A program made the translations under genes and the position numbers. A DNA stretch of 64,000 nucleotides from Catajapyx aquilonaris (lineage: Eukaryota), in NCBI GenBank assembly GCA_000934665.2, contig KZ538068.1, forward strand, positions 1 to 64,000, given 5' to 3'. Positions 11,330-24,273 of this stretch are shown piece by piece. Within the stretch, counting starts at the first letter, position 1. Every line of letters starts with the position of its first letter. The notes under the pieces are model-generated. The model saw only the letters and a list, made by a program, of their open reading frames with translations. It searched no databases and was not told the DNA's origin.

Positions 11330-12726
11330 TTACCCCTGCGGGATATGCTGGCCGGAGAGCAAGAGAGGCGCTTGGGTTGCGTGGCTGCCAGGATGAAACT
11401 GATAGATTCAAGGACAATCAACGTGATGATGAAATATTCAGACTTTAACTGTTAGTTTACAAGGTTGAATCGTTATTACCCATTGTGACGTCATTTTATA
11501 AAGCTCAATGTGGCATGCGTGAATGTCAACTTGGAAGACATACATTTCTTCGAAGAGGGCTCGCCACGAATGACAACATAATTAAATGAAAGCAGGTTAC
11601 GTCACAGTACCGCATGCATAGCTATATAGCCTCCCATGTGACACATTCATTTCAGCGAATCTCATTTACTTGCGAACTAAAAACATGACATATGCTAGGC
11701 TACGTTCATATACACATTACTTAAGAGAAATTTAATGCAATTTTGCCTAAGGAAACCAACAACAAGTAGTAGGTTCTACAGCAGCATGCAATATACTTAG
11801 CACGAGGTTCCAGGCGAAATGCCGCATGAACACGCAACGCATCTTTTCTTTAAAATACCATAGCAAATTGCACTTACAATGATTTTATATACAGGTCTAG
11901 TGCGTCATAATTACGTGCCCATTCCTCAAAAACACGTTGTATCAGTCGTAACTTCTTGTTTCGAACGAGGTTAAGGGTCGGTTGCATAAACGCAAATTAG
12001 GGAAAGTCTTCAATTATGTGTAGGTATTGACAAGGCATATTCTGACACATCGTGCTGCACCCCTTACAATATTCGTGTGCTGAAAAGTCACTCAAAAACT
12101 GTTATATCACTTTTCCGACGCAAACAGGATGGTCATATAAAAAAAAAATTAACATCCTATTAATGCTGCTTACGTGATGCAGTATGCGGAAGAAATTTGA
12201 AACTTTCCTGCATATCACTCCCCGTTTACAGACAGACCCACATCCTGCTGTGCGAAACAGCCTTCAATAAAAATGGCACATTTAGGCCTAATCGGTTATC
12301 ACGATGTGGTCGACAACTCATGCTGATAGTGTCACACGGTCAGTTTCACAACCCAACATTTTAAAATCACTCTTCTGGACATCTGATGATCTGACAGCAA
12401 AATGCGGGTCAGTTTCCTCATTCTTGAACAAACAGACGTGTTGCCATGAACTAACGTCAGGATAATGAACAGCCGCCGGACACGCAACGTACAATCCTTA
12501 AAGAATGGCTCATAATTTAGCAAAAAAAAATCGCTAACACAATAATGAAGAATAAACAGAAAATCTCTGAATTATTTGAACAATTGTCGACAGCTGTCGC
12601 CACAAATCGTTTTATGCAAACCCTCCGTTTGCAAACGTAGCTGAGAAACTGGTAGTTAGTTGAGTACTAGGGTAACGCACGACTGCAATCTCTCTCCTCC
12701 CACACACACTTTCAAGATGAGTTTTT

Positions 12727-12747
12727 TCTCTCTCTCTCTCTCTCTCT
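12727..12747. repeat. (CT)n microsatellite
   Basis: Direct reading. Confidence 0.9.
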
Positions 12748-15700
12748 CACCACGTCGCAGATTCATGGTCTGCCATGATAAGTGCGTGGGAGTACAGAGT
12801 GCGAAAATGGCAATTTCCATGACGCTATCAGCACTGACCTTGGCCACTGTCATAAATATATGCATTATCATAATATGTGCGTAGCGCATCAGACCATGCC
12901 ATGTCTGCAAGCCAAGACCGTTATGTTTATGATCCGCCCTAACATTAAAACATGGTGCACGCTAAATCCTGCGCATCAACTATAAACACACCAAGCTCTG
13001 AAAAATGGCACGTCTTCACATCAGGCTATTTTCATCCTCTAAGTAAGCAGATCCACCCTGGCAAATCCTATTAGGGCCCTAGCATTGCTACGACTTCCCA
13101 ATATTTATAAGACTTTTTTTTAAACTGTCCATATACAGTAGGTAAGTACTATCGATTTATTTTTCAACCCACCATAAATAGTTCAACCTGTACAAAAAAT
13201 TTGATTCAAAAAATTAACAAAATTCAGACCGTCAAATCATTCAAAAAAACCTGCCAAAAATTCCGCCGAAAATTTACCTGCTAATTAAGCACGCACAAAA
13301 TAACGAGCCGAGAACTAATTAAACTATTTCCCGAATGAATCGTAGGCCCCCGCCGCTTGGCCTGCGAGAGGAATTTAATTAATTTCATTTATGTTTCATT
13401 ATTTTCCAACCGGTAGGTCTAATTACAAATGGTACAAATGGCGTTCGGAATAATTACGCCTAATATAATTACCCCAGTTCGCAGGCTGGAATTTCGAACT
13501 GTGTCCCTATACCCCCGAAAATTCATATATTATTACCCGAAACTGACCTTTTCCCCCCCGATATATGTTACCCATTTTTTAAAAACAAAATCCAACTTTA
13601 TGACTGTATAGTTGCACGACTTCGTGATCTATCACGGTGACACAGTTCCATCATTACATAGACCAGCGCTTACACGCTCATTAATTTCATCGCCGAGCGC
13701 TGAATGGTTGCCAATTTATTGCGCGGTACGCAGCCCCGACCAAGATTAAAATTGGTGATGACCCGCATTAATAAGTCCGGTCTTAACGTCAGCCTGTGTC
13801 AGCTCGCCTAAAAAAAAGGTCATCACCACTTTGTTAGAAATAATCCGGACGCAATTAGTATTTTCCGCACCAATTACAACCCCAGATTTTACTACAAAAA
13901 AAAACCCCCCATAATATATGTCCACTCGCAACCTTGGTAGAGGTCTATCATATACATACCCTCCAGCCAATATCCTTGAGAAAAACACCTATCGTCCACT
14001 TGGGGACAAGCACGAGTGCGTTGGCCGCATCCTAGACAAAAGAACCCCGACTGCAACTCCCCCTTTCACACCTGAAAGATGCAAGCAAACCTCAAGACAT
14101 TGTGCGGTTGCACTTCTTTTGTGGTCCAGGGTCCTCCAAAGCCACACGAAGCATGTCCTAACCCTAGTTTTTTTTTTTTTTTTTTGCCCCGTTTTGTCTC
14201 ACTACACGCCCTTCTCGTGATGAAACGTTCGAGTGGGCACCACCAACGTTGCCGAAATGTTGCGAGAGAAAAAAATCGCGCGCTAATTGTTCTGAATTAT
14301 TAAAAGAGGTCTCTGAACATGCCAGTTTTTAATGTAAACGTAGCCAAATGCTATTAACATGAGAGAAATGGGAGGGGTTAAAAATGCGCTGGAGGTTACG
14401 TTTAAAAATGAGTGCATCGCGGTTATTAAATTTTAAACTAATATCGCCACACAATTCGAGGGGGGGCCCCCAAACCTAGTTCAAAGACAGCCGGTATGCA
14501 CGGTAATCGAGAGTTTCAATCTTGTCAGGCAGTAAAAATTAATCAGTAAGGTTTTATCATCTAACGAAATTCTGGTGTGTTGACATTGTTGGCAGCAATA
14601 CGGCAGGGTGAACTGTCAACTCATAACGTGGAACCGGCGCGAGGGCTATTCGGAACACCCCTACGTACTATGTACACAAGCGCACAAAAAATGAGCGCGA
14701 TACATGCTCATAAAAATACCTGCACGTTGTCACGACTTTCTTTTGTAATTAGCACACAACATTAAGGCTAAGTGCCGTAACGAACATATTAAAAAGAGAT
14801 ACATTGTGGTACTTACTACGCTCTAAAATATTTTCGCATCTCAATTTCTCACTCTTAACACTGAACGATATTTGCATATATTTTTTTCGATTAATTTTAC
14901 CTCAATTTTAATTCATTTACAGTGTAAGTCACTCTGTACTTTGTACTGCGACTGAAAGCCGATCCACATTGCTACAGGACATATTAATTGTGCTCTAGAA
15001 AGAAACAAATACAGACACGGCATGCATTAAATTCCGCAGCAACCCCCGCACCAACCTGCGGCTATAAAACCGACCGTATCTCCTCATGTAGCGTGACCTT
15101 TTATGCACCTCTATAAAATACGTTTCTGCGACGTACAGTATGCTACTAGCTGCATGTAATTCTGCATTCGCTTCCATGCCACGCCCAGCGTGCAATAACT
15201 ATTTCCCTATAAATCGGGAATTTCTGCTTTCCATTACGGCAAAGAGTTTTTTCTGTCTCATTTTTTACTCCCCCTTCCCCTCCCCCCTCCCCCATGAAAG
15301 TCATGCGATATTCTAGTATCAGTATCGTACCAGGAACCCGTTCAAAACTATTCACTGTCTGCAATAATAAAAAACTGCGACTCAAGACAGGTTCCATTTG
15401 GCTAGGTACCTTGATTACGTTAAAAAATTGCAATGGGCGTTGCCTTCCCAAGCCTAATGGAAAGGGTGCAGGTAATGCCCCGGTGGTACGTTCCGACGAT
15501 GCAAAACCAGCCATGTTATGAACGATTCTGTGCCCTTGATTCCACTTTTTTTTTTCTTCACTTTCCCAAGGCGCCTTGCTTGCACCAAACTTTCCAATTA
15601 CGAGCGGTCGAAGCACTTTACACCATCTCCCACCAGAGGCCATTAACCCCTTTTTCCTTGATTAACCCATACAAGACCGAAAACACATTTTGACGCGAAA

Positions 15701-18221
15701 AATTCATTGAAATTACCTTTTTCCGTTGTTACTATAGAAGCCACGATCAAGCAGCCATCATACTGGACATCTGAAAGGGAGACGATCACTTTTAGTTTTT
15801 ATGTACCGTAAAAAAAATAGACGGGCTAGACATGTTAATGAGACAGTAGAAAGTGGGCCAAGGTAAGGCATGTTCGATTGCGTAATTTCACGTTGGAGGT
15901 TATACATCGGCCAATTCTTAAAACCACACGACCCACTTTTTCTATAAGAATTTTTATTATAGGTACAATTTTTGTTGCTGGGGGGTAGGTTTATTCACTT
16001 TCATATAAACCGGACAGCGGGAGGGGGGGTGGTCACAACAACCGCATTTTAATTAGTCCGCCGTAATGAGCTCGACTCATCATGCAAAACCGAAACCTTC
16101 GGTACAAAAGCCGCAATTTGGAGGGTCGGGCACAACTGTACGGGCAATACGCAGTGCGTACATCCGTGCCAAAATGTTAAACATCCTTTCGGGCAAACAC
16201 GCACAAGGCCTCGGGGAGTCACGAGTTGAAGTTTGCACACAAAAAAATATGAAAGAACCAAAAAAAAAAAATGTATACTGCAGAGGCCTGCGCCGTTTGT
16301 TTCAAACTGCAGTACAGGGTCACATGTCGCCCCCTCATGCAATTTCACGCCCCAACTCAGATTTGTGGGAATTAACTACTATACCGATTTTTACGTGCTA
16401 ACACAGATTGACATCACAGATTAGCCTTCTATCCGCATAATTGCTCATCCACACCGAAGAACCGACCTGCCTTATTAAACGCCTCCCCCTGAAGAAACGG
16501 GCCACGATTTTTCCACCATTACCCCCATAATGAGGTCATGTGTAGCGTAATAAAACAGCCCCCGTTCGATAACCCAAGCGCCGTGTAATTATGACTCACC
16601 CACCTGCACCTTTTAGGTAATCAACCCCCCAATTTCTTCTTAATTCCACCTAACCTACCATCAAGCATATGACATGTCACACCTGAAATTTCGCTACTCT
16701 CTGAGAATTCCGTATCTTTCCCTTATATTCTCCTCCGTTTTACATTGGCACTGTGATCAAAAGAAGGTCACATTCTCCAGGCCCGGAATGCAACATCAAA
16801 GCATCCCTTTCCATCTTCTCCCCACTCCAAAGATAACCCACCCACCCACCCACCCAGCTCTCTCAAATAAGTTCTGATACGAAAGGGATTCTCCTTGTGC
16901 GCTACACTACCATTTCCATCACAAAGACAACAGACGTCAACCTAGATTATTTCTTCTTTCGACAATATCTCTCCCTAGTCCCTGGAAGCGGATTATCCCT
17001 ACATTGTGGCAGCAGATGTGGACTGTTTGTAGATCAGAATCGTAGGTCAACGCTCTCAGTATATGCAACAAAAGTGCATCTCAGCCCTTTAAAACCGCCA
17101 TGTTTTTGGTAATCGGCGTCGTAATTACTCTGCCAGACTCCATGCTGTTCATCTTCCCACTCATTACAACAGTCCTTCCCTTTCTGTCATGTCCTAAATA
17201 TTCCACTCCAGATAGGGCGGGTTTGTTGTCGCTACCCTAAAGCCAGAGGGTACCGTCGGGAATACTGGCTACGAAGAAGAAAAACGCCTACGGTCCTGCA
17301 GAGGGCGCGGTGGAAAAATATATATAAAAACACCAGGATGAGAAATAAAATCAATAACTGTAGCCAGGATTTATCACCTCCTGGAAATAAGACGGATCCA
17401 CCCCAAAAATGTGCAATTAATCCTATAGCAAGAGGCTAGTCTGTTCCTATAGCCCGGATGTAACCTGGATCGAGGCTAGCTAAGTTGATGCCACCTATAA
17501 CCGACAACCGAGCCAAATAGTCCCAGTAGATATCTCCAGACCTAACCGCTCGTGAAAATCAGTTTTGTCACCTCCCAGCCAAACTAATTTCCCTCAGGTC
17601 ACTAATTTAACGTCGGGTGGCGCCAAAGGACCTCCCTTTGCCCAAATACCAAAATCGAGTGTCCCACACTTTAGGTACCCTCTCCCATGCCTGAAGGCAT
17701 ACCTACCACTCACTACTCCGCACGAATTACTTTGGCATGAGTTCAGCTCCCGGACTCACTTCCCTCCTTTGAACCCCTAGATTGCCGGCATAATGAGACC
17801 ACCCCCGCCCTCCCATCCATTTTTTCGCCTCCACGGAAGGTACAAAAATTCTTATGGATTCTTGTCGGAATTGACGCGATCACCATTTTTCCCCCCCTCC
17901 TCTCTCTCCCTTAATGAAAGAAATAGATCGGTTCCTCCAAGTCGAACCTATTATTCTTAGGAGGTAGATGGTGGGTGGAGGAGAAAGACGGGAAGGGGAG
18001 GGAAAGATTGCCCGGGGGAAATCCAGAAACTCCTCCGAAGCTCATCGGCCTTCAGGAAAAGGTAGGCTCGGAATTGCAAGTCGACGGGAACCTGTGCAAG
18101 TTTAATCCTAATCAACATAGCCGCTCCGAGACCTCATTTCTCCACTCCCGCCCGCCCTTTCCGACTTACGGAGCTCGGTTTCGGGGTTTTCCAACCAAGT
18201 TCTACCCCGCTCCATACACTA

Positions 18222-18410
18222 CACAGGGTGTCTCAGACGCTACATCAAGCAATCCGAATAATAAGGCTGAACCAGCCATAATTATCAATTGCATACACTA
18301 CAAATTGAGTATTACACTATGAATGTGTGAATCAACACTTATGCGTTAGTTCTACCGGAATATTCCTATTCCTCGTGTGTATGCACGAATCGTTGATGTA
18401 CCACCCTGTA
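18222..18410. mobile_element. Degenerate Tc1/mariner-type MITE remnant
   Basis: CAGGGTG at 18224-18230 and CACCCTG-TA at 18402-18410; both ends share TACATCAA when read inward; the right end resembles the 4248 end (CAGGGTG..TCAA(C)GATTCGTG). Confidence 0.4.
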
Positions 18411-21400
18411 GTGTAAACCCGCAGTCTGCTGGAATTATGGCTACTTCACTGCATCAATAATCGCCTCGCAGCAGCCGCTGCAAGCCCGTATATGGAAATG
18501 AACGTGGTGTCCGCCCTTGCTCAGACCGCCCGCAAAACATGTCTCAAAGCCAGGGGTCAAGCTAACAAACCACCTGTGACCATTACGCAGTCCCAGTCGC
18601 CCGGATTGATCAACATTTCCACACTCCAGCTGATGCAATATTATCCAAACCTGTGGGTGTGTATACGTCCATTACACTACGCATGCAGAGGGTAGGGGGG
18701 GTAGGTACGGACCGGATAGTTGCATGTTATTAACCGGCAGGTTAACCACGAATGCGTGTTTGCGCAGGCACTCTGCATTCCTCCAACATTGCAGAGAATT
18801 CCGGTCAGCCGCATGTCGGACGTAATCGTGTTCGTGGGGCTTCGGTACAACACTGATTTGCCCCTCTACAAAATGTCGTCTGCCCAGGTGACATCTACTG
18901 CACCACCAGCTACGTTTGAACTTGCAGCACATACATGGACCCCCAGATTACAAGCTACACGCTCCTGATTTTATGCTGGTATTCATCACCGGTTTTACGA
19001 TCGTATTGCGGGGTCTGTCTGGAAGCAATAAACGAACAACTGCCGCAGGAGCAAGGACAAAGTCTCATGGACTTGGGGAGCATTCTCTCCTATAGCCCCT
19101 GCATTCATTGTAATCATCACGTAGCCGCGATATTAATTATCCGGGGCATACCATGCACCAAGTCTGCAGGCCCTCCAGCATCCTCGTCCTTTACCGTCAA
19201 AATATCGACTTTGGGATAAGGAATTAATTGCGCACTGTAACGCAGTAAATCAAGCGATGTACCCAAGTATTTCCTAATGAAGTTACGCCAAGCTGCTAAC
19301 TTTTTTTTCTCTCTCTCTCCTGCTACTTTAAATTTTCATTATGCATCAAGGGGGCTTTCCCCTCTTTTGTTAAAGGTTAATCTCAAAATTCTCCTCGCAG
19401 GAGCTTCAAAAAATGGTATGCGTTTGAAATCATGCCGCGCACTTATTAACGCCCTGTTTAAATATGAAATTGTAGTGACCTACATGATTTTCTTTTCTCC
19501 AAAATAGTGCATGTTTCCAGCACGTTGCCAACCAATAAAAAAAACCGGCCTTCAACCGACGCACCAGACAGGAACCGGACTCAAAACCAGACGCCCACCC
19601 ACTCCTTTGCAAACCTTCATTGCTCTGCCTATTCGCCAAAATACAGCCGGATATCTCCATAGCAGCCACCTCATCCGAAAACCTACACAAGTGGCGGCAA
19701 GTGTCACTGACTTCCAGACGCCTCCATGTATGAAATATATCTGAGAAAAAATGTTGCGACAGAGAGTGCAGAACAATGCCATAAATCCAGCCGCAAAAAA
19801 TATATATATGTATAAAAAGGGAAAGGGAAAAGCACACTTCAAATCCACTTGTTCTATAGCTATGCACATGGAAAGAGAAAAAATCCTACGATAAAACTGG
19901 CTTATGATGGATCGAACCGGCGGCAGAGAGCCTACATTACTAGAATATTTTTTGTGCGAATTCTCCATCCACTTGGTGGGTAGCCCCCGACGCAGGACAT
20001 CGCGAATATCGCGTTACAAATTATTGCCGCATACTGTCCCGTATTTCAATTGTCGGCTTTAGTCGTGTCTCCACTTACCGGATTTTACAAAAAAATATTT
20101 CAACCCTGTTAAATATGAATGCGGTTATTAATGGCAAAGAGTGTGGAATAAATACTTGACGTTACGAGCATTGCGTCGGATTTTGGCTACTTTGTAATTA
20201 CTCCTGCCCACTGCTCTCTCGCAGATATCACGGATGCTTTCAAAATTCTCCGCGTGGAAATGCAGCCAACTGACCCCATCAATGAAACCACATTTTGAAT
20301 GCAATTACAAAGAGTACTGTACACCATCACACTGCATTTCGCCTCCTTCTGAGCGTGACTTTCCTCCCTGAACACCACTGTTATTTTTATAGCCAGCATT
20401 ACACACTCGGAATCTATTGTCGTCAGGACAACCGCAGGCTGTGATTATCCTCAAGGAACGCCTTTAAAAGTCCCGAACAATTGAACGCGACCATGGCAAA
20501 TTACCTATTCGGCCGGAATCTCAGGTGACAAAACCGGCTACGTTCCACTAAACACCTCAGGAGTTCAGGGCAACATTCTGCCCATGATGTGGGCTTGAAC
20601 TTTATGCTCATCGGAGCCTAAACAAAGTACTTGACATTTCCTCCCCTTTTTTTCGACCACACCCACCAATCTCAATGTCACTGGGTGAGGCAGAAAATTC
20701 TGTTCATGTGCACAACATGCAGGTCAGTGATTGCATTTCCTACAAGGATGCTTAAAATTCCGACTGCATCTTCCTTTCTGAGATGGCCGAAAGGGGGGAA
20801 AATAGGACTGCAGACTTTTTTTTTCTTTTTTTCTTTTTTGCCTTTTGCAACCTTCGGGTTGGGCCTCGCCTTCCGACCCAGGAAAAAAGCGCCATTCGAT
20901 TTACAATAAATCCGCTTTCATATCGCAGTAACGTCAGCGTCTGATTTGCTCTATCTCAATGAGGACGCGAGTTCAATTTCGTTTGAGATGGCCCCACTCC
21001 TCACGAACAGCCCAGTTTCCCTAAGAAACGACCGCGTTACACAAACTGCTGCATCCTTTTCCGATATGGACAATTCCCCATCAAATGCCCATTTTCTACC
21101 TCCACCCATTTTCCTTGGCCACCAAAATGCGCTCCTCCTCCTATACCCCCCCGGGCTAAGGCCTGTAAATCATTGTTGCTCGCCCACAAGGATGCAACAA
21201 AACACTTGCCTTTATCCCTCCAACAGCAAGGAGTTTCATCCCCTCTTCTCAGCAAGGTCACTTCCATATAAGATTGGTTCTTATACGATATTTTCATACC
21301 CACAACAAGTATATAGCCAATCAGTAAAATAAGTAGAAACTTCCCCTATAAGAGTTAGCTTATTTTTGAAAAAACTAGTGCACAATTTTCTGAAGAAAAT

Positions 21401-21519
21401 GAATGAAAATCACATAATTATGTGGTTTAGGCATACGAGCAAATTGAGCTCAAATATTGGGTTAAAATGGCAAGAAGCTTGAAAAAATCACAAAAATACA
21501 GCAAAAATCGCTGAAAATA

Positions 21520-21630
21520 TTTTCGATACACTGGACACATTCATCGATATTTAGATGCATTCGATATTCTCATCGATATTTCCATACATTAGATATTCTC
21601 ATCGCTACTTCGATATATCGAACATCCTTA
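21520..21630. mobile_element. hAT-like transposon end with about 29-bp CGATA-rich subterminal repeats
   Basis: Three degenerate 29-bp units starting (T/C)TCATCG at about 21540, 21569 and 21598; terminus reads TAAGGATGTTCGATATATCG on the minus strand, resembling TAGGGATG-type hAT TIRs; partner end not found. Confidence 0.4.
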
Positions 21631-22451
21631 GCAACGACCCTCTGTCGTCACCACTACTGACAAGTGCCAAGATGGCCTCGGGCACCCCTGCCAAGCTGGG
21701 TATTTCGATTTCGATGGCGATCAAAATTTAGGCGGATCCAAAATGACTGCGGCTTAAAAAATTGTCTATTTCGGTATCACGCTGAACTTGTGCAGCTGGC
21801 AGGGGGTTTCCTGTCGGGGTGGATAGTGGCAAAGATTCCGTGAAATGTAATTATACCGCCTCGCACAACCACAAATCTTTGATGGTAGAGTCGCACTTTA
21901 GCCCGTTGCAAATGTTAAATTTATCATCCCAACGCAGCTGCTTCCGTATCTAATACTGTAAGCTATACTTAGACACCTTGGAATTTCTAAATCGACATCC
22001 TTTCAGCTCCTCGCACGCTGCATCTCCGTTGGGCTCATAATCGTCTCAAGCCCTTCCCTCCCTCAGGTGCGCAATTACTTTCAATCATTAGATTTGCCCA
22101 GACACCAACGCCCTCCAGGGAGTAAGCCGCGAAAAAAAAAATGCATTTCTAGCTGGAAGGAAACGATTTTTCATCTTTTGCCGGAGCAGATAAAAGTAGC
22201 CCTTGAGACCTAAACAAGATGCTATCCGAGACCATTACAGTGAAAAGCAGTCTTTTCCCTCCTTTTTCTGTGACCGTGCAGGAAAAGAACTCGTGAGTAA
22301 TCTCCGCACCGCCAACAAATTTGCCACGATTTGAAAATAAGTAGCGACCTCTTTTGTAAGTGGATTCAATGCAGGCCTGGATCTGAAGCTAGTTCTAAGG
22401 CTAGGAGAAAAATTGTTGACGACAATATACAGTCTAGCCCGATATAAAAGT

Positions 22452-22570
22452 GCGTTTACATGTGAGAGATTTGACGAGCGAAATCTTCGCCCCATGTAAC
22501 CAATATTGTTTGCGGCGAAAATCGATTGTCAATTTCAGCATCGGCGAAGATTTCGCTCGTCACATGTTAA
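22452..22570. mobile_element. Palindromic MITE-like remnant, possibly PIF/Harbinger
   Basis: Perfect 20-bp inverted repeat TGACGAGCGAAATCTTCGCC (22472-22491) and 22543-22562; ACATGTGA/TCACATGT outer pair; left flank GTGCGTTTACATG resembles Harbinger-type TIR starts. Confidence 0.5.
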
Positions 22571-23908
22571 TAATTCAAGCTGCTGTGTACAAAAATTGCA
22601 ATTAACAGTTGGCAATGTAGCGAATCCAGAAATACAAATAACTCATTTCAACATTTTGTGTTGGCCAGGTTTCACCTGGGACCAAGTTCTATATGTTCTA
22701 TCCTAGCTGAAGAGCCCTGGCAACAGGATATTTGAGAGATGCACCCTTGTCCTGTGAGGATACAACTCTTCGGTAAACACGCCGAGGTTGTAAAGCGCTT
22801 TATGCAACTGCTTTTCCGGAGTATGCCCTGCCAGCTATTTACTTGCGTGAAGGCAGCTACTGTACTGCCAAGAGCTCTTTGACCGGCCGCCAAACCAACC
22901 TCTTATTTTATATAGACACAAAGTAACTTTCTTCCCTTGTAACTTACTTGCTACTACAGGTACCCATACACTTTAGGGGGCGTGATGATCAGATACTTTT
23001 CATGGATCATAATCGAAAAGCGGAAAATCCCAGATATTATGGCATAAATTAGTCACGAGCCCCTCCGACAGCACTCGTATTTTCCATATTGCGATATCGC
23101 TTTTCGGGTCGATCCAGAAAATCTTGTTACGGACGGCGATATATTCGGATAAAATTAATATTCAATCCAGCTTGCATTGTGACCCTTTTAAGAGCTGAGC
23201 AAATATTTGTACCCCACAAATTGAATTAAAGCCGAGTCTCTCTTTAAAATGTGGAGGGAAACCCAGCAACATCACTTTCCGTTGTCGAGACGTGGCTAAT
23301 CCTGGATACAGCAACTCTAATGTTCCGGCCTACCTTTGAAAGCTCCAAATATCCGCCGAGAACAGATGAAATTCTAATCTTCAGAAACCCGGATTGCTTT
23401 TTTTTTTCTATAGTGTCTCTCTCTCAGAAAGTAAAAAGGTTGCATTAATTCATCAGACCGCAGCTATTGTAGTGTTCCTACCGGACCCCAAGGTAAACGC
23501 ACAGCAAACTCGGAAAAGGATACATTAAGAATTTAAACATCATTTTCCGAGCTTAAATGTACCTGGCCCATTTCCCCCGGCCTGGGTTACAGTACTGTAC
23601 TATAGGACCATTTCCATTATTCTCCTCTGTCCCTCTGGCAGTTTCACCTTTCCGGTCTTTCACGCATGTGTGGCTGGGGAACAGCGATTATTCATCGCAT
23701 ATCCATCATGAATCACAATCTGGTTGGATGACGGGGGTGGTGGAAAGGTGGGGGGGCGTGGTGGGGGTAGAGCTTTATCACGCGCCGGCTATTGACTGCC
23801 ATTCAATGATTTAATATTGTGGAAACTCATACACAACAAAACACCAGTGGCCTAAACCTATTGATTAACTTTGCCTTTTAGCAGCTTTCGGCCCGTGAAA
23901 AAAAAAAA

Positions 23909-24241
23909 NNNNNNNNNNNNNNNNNNNNNNNNNNNNNNNNNNNNNNNNNNNNNNNNNNNNNNNNNNNNNNNNNNNNNNNNNNNNNNNNNNNNNNNNNNNN
24001 NNNNNNNNNNNNNNNNNNNNNNNNNNNNNNNNNNNNNNNNNNNNNNNNNNNNNNNNNNNNNNNNNNNNNNNNNNNNNNNNNNNNNNNNNNNNNNNNNNNN
24101 NNNNNNNNNNNNNNNNNNNNNNNNNNNNNNNNNNNNNNNNNNNNNNNNNNNNNNNNNNNNNNNNNNNNNNNNNNNNNNNNNNNNNNNNNNNNNNNNNNNN
24201 NNNNNNNNNNNNNNNNNNNNNNNNNNNNNNNNNNNNNNNNN
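23909..24241. other. Assembly gap (333 N) flanked by poly-A
   Basis: Run of N. Confidence 0.99.

Positions 24242-24273
<32 letters not shown>

Noticed and set aside
15662..15838. TTAA-bounded piggyBac-like MITE
   Set aside because: Terminal inverted similarity too weak to support.
10631..23744. Identical 17-mer ATGACGGGGGTGGTGGA at 10631 and 23728
   Set aside because: Low complexity with no extended flanking similarity; compatible with chance.
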